Below the pieces are notes generated by a model. It was given only the letters and a program-made list of their open reading frames with translations, did not search any database and had not been told where the DNA came from. From Deltaproteobacteria bacterium (lineage in GTDB: Bacteria; Desulfobacterota; RBG-13-43-22), in assembly GCA_016219065.1 (NCBI GenBank), contig JACRCK010000073.1:1-50121 (forward strand): DNA of 50,121 bases. Direction: 5' to 3'. The position numbers and the translations under genes were made by a program. Each line of letters begins with the position of its first letter. The stretch's first letter is position 1. This document shows positions 17,794 to 24,158 of the stretch, piece after piece.

Positions 17794-17862
17794 CCCCAAT
17801 GCGGCGTTGACCCGGGAGGCAAGCGTTTTTTATTGCCGATCCGGTGTAGTGCTTGGTTCGGC
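17794..17862 (-). other. attC site (R' mutated)
   Basis: Minus strand: GCCGAAC caagca ctacaccgg...ggcaa-loop-ttgcc...ccgggtcaa cgccgc ATTGGGG. Overlaps the 3' end of the upstream gene. Confidence 0.7.
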
Positions 17863-18405
17863 ATTCTCTTTGTATTTCAATGGGTTTTCGGTTCTGTCCC
17901 GTTCTAAATATTCCAGATAGTCAGCGCAGATTCTCCGGACGAGCTTTTCCAGTGGTGCTGTGCCGGCGAAGAGTTCGATGTGTATCTTCTCCTTCTCCAC
18001 TCTCTCGGCTTCTACCTGGCTTTCATACTCTTCTTCGTCAAAGGGACCAAACCTCTCTTCCAAGTCCTGCTTTACTTGTTCGAACGGGATTCCCTCAACC
18101 TCACCGGTTTCCATTTCCTTGATTCTCTTATCAAGAACAGACGCCACCGGGTCTTCTTTTCTCTCGTAGCCAGGTTCCGGAATGCTCTCAAAATCAACAA
18201 TCGGCAGGCCAAATGCCGCTGCCATCATCACCCAGGAGTGGCGCAATTCTTCCATGTTTTCTCCAAACGGCGCTATGGAGTCCTGGGTGACTGCTCCCAC
18301 ATGCCCATTATTGTCGTAATACGCTTCGTGAATGGCATAAGTGTAGCTTACCCTTTCCGTATCGGGGTCGACGTATCTTTTCCGAACCACTCTAAAGTTC
18401 CACAT
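17830..18405 (-). CDS. Hypothetical protein (cassette)
   Basis: 191 aa acidic ORF beginning MWNFRVV...YAIHEAYYD; flanked by attC sites. Confidence 0.75.
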   Translation of the reverse strand: MWNFRVVRKRYVDPDTERVSYTYAIHEAYYDNNGHVGAVTQDSIAPFGENMEELRHSWVMMAAAFGLPIVDFESIPEPGYERKEDPVASVLDKRIKEMETGEVEGIPFEQVKQDLEERFGPFDEEEYESQVEAERVEKEKIHIELFAGTAPLEKLVRRICADYLEYLERDRTENPLKYKENAEPSTTPDRQ

Positions 18406-18456
18406 GCTTCACCCTCAGCACGCCGTCTGCGCGCAAATGCACTCGTTATCCTTCAT

Positions 18457-18611
18457 GCCTAACTGCAAATTCACAAGCGCCGGCAGTTTGGCGCCCCATA
18501 AGTTAACGGCATTGGGTCCGACCCAATGCCGGAGATATAAATAATAAAGAATTGACCCAGTCTGGTGCGGGGAAAGCCGCCAGGCTTTACCCGCCAATGG
18601 CGTTGTTATGC
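18457..18611 (-). other. attC split by inserted palindromic DNA
   Basis: Minus strand: R'' GCATAAC aacgcc att | ~105-bp insert containing ggcattgggtcggacccaatgcc | ggcgcc..ggcgc ttgtgaat ttgca R' GTTAGGC. Confidence 0.7.
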
Positions 18612-18618
18612 AGTAGTT

Positions 18619-18924
18619 TCATTTCGGGTGGCTGGATACTCGCTTCTTTGCCGGAATGATCTCGATTAGCGACCTGAGGGCCTTGTTGACGGCATCGGAA
18701 GTGGGGAAATACTTCCTTACGTCCGGCTCCAACATGACCGCGCCGTCTTCAAGTTTGAAGTACTGAACGGAGTCGGTACCATCTTCTTTGTGAATGATGA
18801 CCTTATGGCCCGCCCTATATGCCTCGTAGTACTTGCCACGCACACCGCCCTTCATATCGGTGAAGTCGTATTCCTCTCTCATGTCATTTACCTTTGGCGG
18901 CGCTATAGTCTTAGCCTTCTTCAT
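18619..18924 (-). CDS. BrnA-like antitoxin (orphan)
   Basis: DMREEYDF..GGVRGKY...VMLEPDV.K.FPTSDAVNKALR. AAGGAG RBS; the start overlaps the BrnT-like tail PATASERRHYEEG*. Confidence 0.75.
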   Translation of the reverse strand: MKKAKTIAPPKVNDMREEYDFTDMKGGVRGKYYEAYRAGHKVIIHKEDGTDSVQYFKLEDGAVMLEPDVRKYFPTSDAVNKALRSLIEIIPAKKRVSSHPK

Positions 18925-18944
18925 AGTGTCTCCTTTCAGACGCC

Positions 18945-19240
18945 GTTGCCGGAGTTGACCAAATAATCCAATATGGTCAACCCGAATCGCTTCCTGGCTT
19001 CGAAGAGACAGACTAGCCAGCTCTGACGGTCTTTGGCAAATTTCAGTAAAAATTCCCTCTTGTGGCACCGGTGGGTGATGTGCCGGATCTGACCGGGGGT
19101 GAAATATCGATTGGCTCTGGGCATGGGTTGCCGGGTTAGAAACCTCTTTTTGGGGGGAGAAAGTGCACTTTAAGACTTTAATTGCCATCCGGATTCATCA
19201 TAATTCACGAAAATTCAATTAATTTGTTTGGTCCGACCCC
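18945..19240 (-). mobile_element. 5' fragment of an HUH/Y1 (RAYT-like) transposase element with its left end
   Basis: MPRANRYFTPGQIRHITHRCHKREFLLKFAKDRQ...ILDYLVNS, broken just before the HUH motif. The upstream leader ends in tggtccgacccc (19229-19240) and matches 21085-21201. Confidence 0.85.
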
Positions 19241-19307
19241 GATTCAAAAAACAGGCTCTTTCTGTTAAGTTAACGGCGGTGGGTCCGATCCCGATTCGAA
19301 AACGCAA

Positions 19308-19937
19308 TTACTTCCCAACAAAGTAATTTGCCAGATCCAAATCCACCTGAGAAAACTCGAATTTAGATCGTATTTCTGGCGGAGATTTACCTTGCGCAAT
19401 CCAGATTGCAACCTGTGCGGCCTTGGTTACGTCCTTATTTGGATATTTATCATGGTACGATGAGATTCTTCCGAGTACAGCCGTCATGTCTTGTGGAGGC
19501 AGACTTATCACAAAGGACTCTCCGGGGCTTGGGTTATCTTTATCAAAGTCAGCGCAGTAAGACAAAAAATTAACCGCAATTTTTTTCTTTGGAGGTAGTT
19601 TGATAAATGATTTTTTCCCAGAGCGGTAAAACTTGCCAGATCTCCCTAATACACCTAGCACATACATATTTTGTCCGCGCCCTTGATTTAGCAATTGAAT
19701 AGCGTCCTTTAAAAAAACATCTAAATTAATCTCCTTATTTGTGTTATTTACTAAATACCCGTCAACAACTGTTCCAGACGAGCCTCCTGTGCCCTCTATG
19801 CTATCTACAGATATATTACCCGATTGAATTTCGTTTACTAGATTTTTCGTCAATACATCTGCATCAGCGCAAGTGACGAAAAGTATTGTAAACATTGTCA
19901 ATATTGTGGCCAAATATCTATAATTAGATGATAGCAT
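19308..19937 (-). CDS. Secreted hypothetical protein (AT-rich cassette)
   Basis: 209 aa, signal peptide, SYCADFDKDNP and AAQVAIW motifs. Preceded by a GTTGAAA R'-like remnant. Confidence 0.75.
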   Translation of the reverse strand: MLSSNYRYLATILTMFTILFVTCADADVLTKNLVNEIQSGNISVDSIEGTGGSSGTVVDGYLVNNTNKEINLDVFLKDAIQLLNQGRGQNMYVLGVLGRSGKFYRSGKKSFIKLPPKKKIAVNFLSYCADFDKDNPSPGESFVISLPPQDMTAVLGRISSYHDKYPNKDVTKAAQVAIWIAQGKSPPEIRSKFEFSQVDLDLANYFVGK

Positions 19938-19994
19938 TTTTTGACCCCCATAATGAATAAAGTTTTTTCAACGTTTCAGCCCAAAGCGGCATTG

Positions 19995-20200
19995 ACCAGC
20001 GGCCTACGGGCCGGGCTGGAGTGGTGGTTCCGGTTTTACAACCAGGAACGCCCCCACCAAACGTTTGATATCCTAACTCCGGATGAGGTATATATGGGCT
20101 TAACTGCTCCAGTGATTCAGGCCGCCTGAGGCCTCTACTAAAAACGAGACTCAGAGCTTAGACCCATGCTCAGGCTGTCCAAGTACTGGGGTCCACCACC
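19995..20200 (+). mobile_element. IS3-family remnant (transposase C-terminus and right end)
   Basis: GLEWWFRFYNQERPHQTF..LTPDEVY...AA*, followed by ctgtccaagtactggggtccacca. Confidence 0.8.
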
Positions 20201-20202
20201 CC

Positions 20203-20275
20203 TTAACACTTAAAATGCCTGTCTGATTCAACATAATTCATGAAAATTCAACCGGTTTGTCTGGTCCGACCCCGA
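20203..20275 (-). mobile_element. Isolated left end of the RAYT-like element, truncated by the IS3 remnant
   Basis: aaatgcctgtctgattcaacataattcatgaaaattcaaccggtttgtctggtccgacccc matches 19180-19240 and 21140-21201. Confidence 0.8.
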
Positions 20276-20290
20276 TTCCTTGCCTTGCCC

Positions 20291-20587
20291 TTATTTAAAA
20301 AGACTGATGATGCCAATAATAAAACCCGCGACGGTAGCAGTTCCGAGAACAATATTAAGCCAGAAAATTTTAGTACCAAGAGAGTTGCTTGCCGTTGTAG
20401 CGTCATCAATCGACTTTGTGGTTTTATCGATTGATTCTATCAGGGAGGTTACATTGAGTTCCAAGAGTCTCATGACAATTCTATCCCGATGCAGAACCCC
20501 GGCCTCTTCATAGCCAAGAGCATTAAGGAGTTTTGTTTTGTCCGTCTCGGTAGAATATTTTGGTAGATTGTTATTTTCTTGGTCCAT
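20291..20587 (-). CDS. Hypothetical protein with C-terminal TM helix (cassette)
   Basis: 98 aa; GGGAG RBS directly after the R' GTTATAA. Confidence 0.7.
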   Translation of the reverse strand: MDQENNNLPKYSTETDKTKLLNALGYEEAGVLHRDRIVMRLLELNVTSLIESIDKTTKSIDDATTASNSLGTKIFWLNIVLGTATVAGFIIGIISLFK

Positions 20588-20599
20588 AAATTATCTCCC

Positions 20600-20635
20600 T
20601 TATAACGTAAAGCTCAGCCGCGCCGTCATGGCGCA
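20600..20635 (-). other. attC right half abutting the RAYT-like right end
   Basis: Minus strand: gcgccatgacggcgc hairpin, L' gctgagc, tttac, R' GTTATAA. Confidence 0.65.
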
Positions 20636-20644
20636 GGCAAATTA

Positions 20645-21201
20645 GGGTCGGACCAGACCAACACTTTAAATAGCACGATAAATGTTCCATTCCAGCCAAT
20701 ATTTTGGCTTAAACAGCTCTTTTCGAGGTCAAAAAGGGCGTTGTAAGGCTGTTGAAGGTCCCGAAGCTGTTGCTGTTCACCATCTTCGATGATCGAACGA
20801 CCGATGGCCCTGACCCCTAAAGCCTCCCAAATTTCTTTTACGAAGGCCTCTCCTCCCACCGCCAGGCTTTCCGTCCACCAGTCATCCCGGAAGGGATTCG
20901 TCTTTGCCAATCCTTCATCAATCCAGTCCAATATGGACAATCCAAATCGCTTTCTGGCTTCGAAAAGCCAGCCCAGCCAGCGCTGACGGTCTTTGGGAAA
21001 TTTCAGCAAAAATTCTCGCTTGTGGTAGCGGTGGGTGATGTGCCAGATCTGGCCGGGGGTGAAATAGCGATTGGCTCTGGGCATGGGTTTGTCTGCTTAG
21101 AAGTCTCTTTTTGAGGGTAAAAAAAGCGCTTTAAGACTTCAAATGCCTTCCGGATTCAACATAATTCACGAAAATTCAATTGGTTTGTTTGGTCCGACCC
21201 C
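20645..21201 (-). mobile_element. Internally deleted (non-autonomous) HUH/Y1 RAYT-like element with inverted ends
   Basis: ORF 20626-21084 joins the N-terminus (MPRANRYF...GLSILD) in frame to the C-terminus (WID...WTESLAVGGEAFV) with no HUH or catalytic Tyr region. Ends are GGGTCGGACCA (20645-20655) and TGGTCCGACCC (21190-21200). Confidence 0.85.
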
Positions 21202-21242
21202 GTTTTCTGCTTGTAGCGCCGCATTGGCGACGCCGCAGGCGG

Positions 21243-21352
21243 CGCCAACGCCCGCCATCACCGGCCCGAACCACACCGCCAAAGAGCTTGCAAAAAGGAC
21301 CGACCAAGTGTGCCCGGCGTGGTTCGGGTCCTGGTGCATGGCCACGTTAGGA
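21243..21352 (-). other. attC site
   Basis: Minus strand: R'' TCCTAAC gtggcca tgcacc..cccgaaccacgcc...ggtgtggttcggg ccggtga tggcgggc R' GTTGGCG; 110-bp imperfect hairpin. Confidence 0.85.
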
Positions 21353-21389
21353 TTCTTATGGTCTCGTCCCTGTAAGAGAGTCCAACAAC

Positions 21390-21599
21390 TCAGGCGGCTC
21401 GTTCTTTAAGCTCGCTTGGATGAATCGAAAGGTACTCCCTCACTTCAAGATTCATCCGGTCGATCTCCGCGAGATAGCCTCCAGCCGATAATCGATAATT
21501 CTGCGGATTGGTTTCCACCTGTCGAAGTCTTTCCACTTGCTGCTGGAAATACCTGATACGTTCTTTGGTTGCCTCAAGTTCCTGATCGTTTTGGATCAT
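21390..21599 (-). CDS. Small helical hypothetical protein (partner of the upstream DUF6932-like gene)
   Basis: 69 aa MIQNDQELEATKERI...; GAGGTG RBS, overlaps the upstream stop region. Confidence 0.75.
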   Translation of the reverse strand: MIQNDQELEATKERIRYFQQQVERLRQVETNPQNYRLSAGGYLAEIDRMNLEVREYLSIHPSELKERAA

Positions 21600-21815
21600 C
21601 GCTAATCACCTCTACTATGCCACGGCGTACGTTGCCGCGTTTGATCTGCCAGTGCTGAAGTGCTTCAGACTCTCCGCCAATTGCAGCGAGCCTCCTGATC
21701 CAGAAGACACTGACCCCCAGAACATCTTGCGCTGCTTGATGGTCAAAAATGATGACTGCCTCACCACGCACAGGGCTGGAGTCAAACGAATCCTCCATCA
21801 GCATGAAGATAGTGT
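21574..21815 (-). pseudogene. C-terminal fragment of a DUF6932-like (putative nucleotidyltransferase-fold) gene
   Basis: IFMLMEDSFD...SVFWIRRLAA..WQIKR...RGIVEV recalled from that family. The 5' part is replaced by a GTAG-type REP (21827-21855). Confidence 0.55.
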
Positions 21816-22275
21816 CGGTCCAGCAAGGGCGGGTGGGAGTGAATCCCAACCCTACGTCAACAAGTTCGAAATTCGATATTCAGCGTTCGATATTCGACGT
21901 TCGTTTTTATTTTCGGATTAAACCGCTATGCCCGGGGCGAGCACCCGCAAAGCATGAAAATCGCGGGCGTGGGGTGCGGGCGACCGGCCGGTCGCCCCTA
22001 CACCAGAGGTCCTGGCCTTTATCCCGAGAAAAGGCGGCTCCCATGCCGCCGGACTGACTTTATAACCCCCGCCCTAGCCAACATGGTTGAACCAAAGGCG
22101 GGAGGAGATTAACGGCTCGACTGGGCCTTTCGACCGGCTGAAGGCCCTGAGCACGCCGAAGGGCTCGCCGAAGTCCCCTCCCCAACAACGAACTGCGACA
22201 TTTTGGCTTTGTATTGGTATTAAACTATTACGCCGAACGCCCAACGCCGAACGGTATTTCGTATTAAGTCCCCCG

Positions 22276-22401
22276 CTACAACTGCTCGAACCAACCCGAT
22301 CATCTCCCTTACCGCCTGGTCCATTCCCATGTAGATCGCCCTGGCCATGATGCTGTGGCCGATGCTGTATTCCTCAATTACCATCCCTGCGAAGCGCTTG
22401 A
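22276..22401 (-). pseudogene. Diverged duplicate of the pdxJ 3' end
   Basis: Encodes KRFAGMVIEEYSIGHSIMARAIYMGMDQAVREMIGL versus pdxJ KRFAGVAEIEEYSIGHSIMARAIYVGLDQAVREMIGL; one codon deleted and a +1 frameshift near the stop. Confidence 0.9.
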
Positions 22402-22434
22402 TAATGAATCCAAGCTTATCGTGAAGCCAGGCTT

Positions 22435-22683
22435 TCAGTCGGCCCTGGGGGAACGTCTTGCCGGGCGGGTTGATTTTCGGGCCAGGTCAATCAGCGAACT
22501 GAGCGCATTGTTTACCGCTTCTTCATTTGGAAATACTTTGGCGACTTCCGGTCTGAGGACGATGATATTCGAGGACTCCTTCAAACGTTTTGAATATTTT
22601 CCCCGCACTAATCCTCCCGGAAAATCTGACCGCCGGTATTCCGGCCGCAGTTCATCCTGGAGATCCTTTTTATCCTTCTTCAT
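22435..22683 (-). CDS. BrnA-like antitoxin (orphan)
   Basis: DELRPEY...GLVRGKY...IIVLRPEVAKVFPNEEAVNNAL; start ATG 22683. Confidence 0.75.
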   Translation of the reverse strand: MKKDKKDLQDELRPEYRRSDFPGGLVRGKYSKRLKESSNIIVLRPEVAKVFPNEEAVNNALSSLIDLARKSTRPARRSPRAD

Positions 22684-22706
22684 TGTTTTTCCCTGCCCTC
22701 TCCAGA

Positions 22707-22795
22707 GGCGGGCGGGGATTAACGGCTCGACTGAACCTTTCGACCGGCTCAAGGCCCTGAGCACGCCGAAGGGCTCGCCGTAGTCCCCGCCCCTA
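22707..22795. repeat. Nested REP-like element (3 copies)
   Basis: ggctcgactg..cctttcgaccggctcaaggccctgagcacgccgaagggctcgccg inside a gggcggggat...tccccgccctac REP. Copies at 22097-22185 and (inner part) 11980-12046. Confidence 0.8.
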
Positions 22796-22982
22796 CATCA
22801 GAGCCTTTAAGCTTCTACGCCGAACGGTATTTTCGTATTGATTCGATTTTCGATGTTGGACGTTCGATGTTGGATGTTCGTCTATTTTAGAACTAAACCC
22901 CCCATGCTCAGGTGGCATCCGCGAAGCATGGAAATCCCCCCCAACCCCCCTTTTGAAAAGGGGGGAGCCCAAGCTCCATCGG

Positions 22983-23708
22983 TTACAACTGCTCGATCAA
23001 CCCAATCATCTCCCGCACCGCCTGATCCAATCCCACGTAGATGGCCCTCGCCATGATGCTGTGGCCGATGCTGTATTCCTCGATCTCTGCTACCCCGGCA
23101 AAGCGCTTGGTATTGACGTAGTTCAACCCGTGGCCGGCGCTGACCTTGAGTCCCAGGCCGGCGGCCTGTTCGGCCCCTTCCCGGATCCGCTCGAAGAGCT
23201 TGACGGCTTCCTTTTCGCTCCGGGCGTTGGCGTAGTGGCCGGTGTGGAGCTCCACGATGTCGGCGCCCACATCCCGGGAGGCCTGGATCTGAGCGGGATC
23301 GGCGTCGATGAAGAGGCTCACGGCGATGCGGGCCCGATGAAAGCGGCTGATGACCTGGGCGAGGTTCTTTTGCTGTTTGACGATTTCCAGCCCCCCCTCG
23401 GTGGTCAGTTCCTGCCGCTTTTCCGGCACCAGCGTGACGAAATCCGGTTTGACCTTCAGGGCGATGCGGATGATCTCCTCGGCCGCGCCCATCTCCAGGT
23501 TCAGCTTGGTCTGGACCGTTTCCTTTAGTAGCCGGAGGTCCCGGTCTTGGATGTGCCGGCGGTCTTCGCGTAAATGCACGATGATGCCTTCGGCCCCGGC
23601 CAGTTCGGCCATGCCGGCGGCCAGCACCGGGTCGGGTTCGCAACCCCGGCGGGCCTGCCGCAGGGTGGCCACGTGATCCACGTTGACGGCCAAACGCGCT
23701 TTGGTCAT
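22983..23708 (-). CDS. pdxJ: Pyridoxine 5'-phosphate synthase (also the C-terminal domain of a YbeY-PdxJ in-frame ORF 22983-24158)
   Basis: LAVNVDHVATLRQAR, HLREDRRHIQDRD, VPEKRQELTTEGG, ELHTG, AGHGL, SIGHSI. Own AAGGAGG RBS before ATG 23708. Confidence 0.95.
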   Translation of the reverse strand: MTKARLAVNVDHVATLRQARRGCEPDPVLAAGMAELAGAEGIIVHLREDRRHIQDRDLRLLKETVQTKLNLEMGAAEEIIRIALKVKPDFVTLVPEKRQELTTEGGLEIVKQQKNLAQVISRFHRARIAVSLFIDADPAQIQASRDVGADIVELHTGHYANARSEKEAVKLFERIREGAEQAAGLGLKVSAGHGLNYVNTKRFAGVAEIEEYSIGHSIMARAIYVGLDQAVREMIGLIEQL

Positions 23709-24158
23709 ATAAGAATCCCTCCTTTGTTCTTTGCCCATTCGTTCCACGATCTCCCCGGTGCGCAGCTCCATGAGCCGTTCTTCTTCCGGGGACCGTTCAT
23801 GATCATAGCCCTGGAGGTGCAGCCAGCCGTGGGCGATCAGGGCGGCCACCCGATCAACCAGGGGCAGCCCCGCCTCCCGGGCCTCCCGGGCCGCTGTTTC
23901 CGTGGAAACCACGATGTCGCCCCAGAGGTGCGGATTCACTTCCCCGTAAGGGCCCTCCTGCATGGAAAAGGCCAGGACGTTGGTCGGCCCGGTGCGGTTC
24001 AAAAAGCGGCGGTTGTAGCGGCTGATTTCCCGGTCTTCCACCAGCAGCAGACTGACTTCACCGGCCTGCGGCTCCAAGGCCCGGCAGAAGGAGGTCGTCA
24101 TCCTTTCCACCTGGGCGGGACTGATCCGTTTCTGCCGGTTGTCGATCCGTATCTCCAT
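23709..24158 (-). CDS. ybeY: rRNA maturation RNase YbeY domain (no stop codon; reads into pdxJ)
   Basis: PTNVLAF, GDIVVS, HGWLHLQGYDH (H-x3-H-x5-H metal motif). Confidence 0.9.

Noticed and set aside
18925-19188. 189-aa ORF 18619-19188 as a single protein
   Set aside because: A chimera of an alternative frame of the transposase fragment and the real antitoxin, which has its own RBS at 18924.
22276-22401. The pdxJ tail copy as a diversity-generating retroelement template repeat
   Set aside because: Differences are not adenine-specific and are mostly synonymous; no reverse transcriptase is present in the window.
13700-22980. Prophage or ICE interpretation of the accessory region
   Set aside because: No integrase, structural, replication or conjugation genes. 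Co-oriented small genes with attC sites fit a cassette array better.
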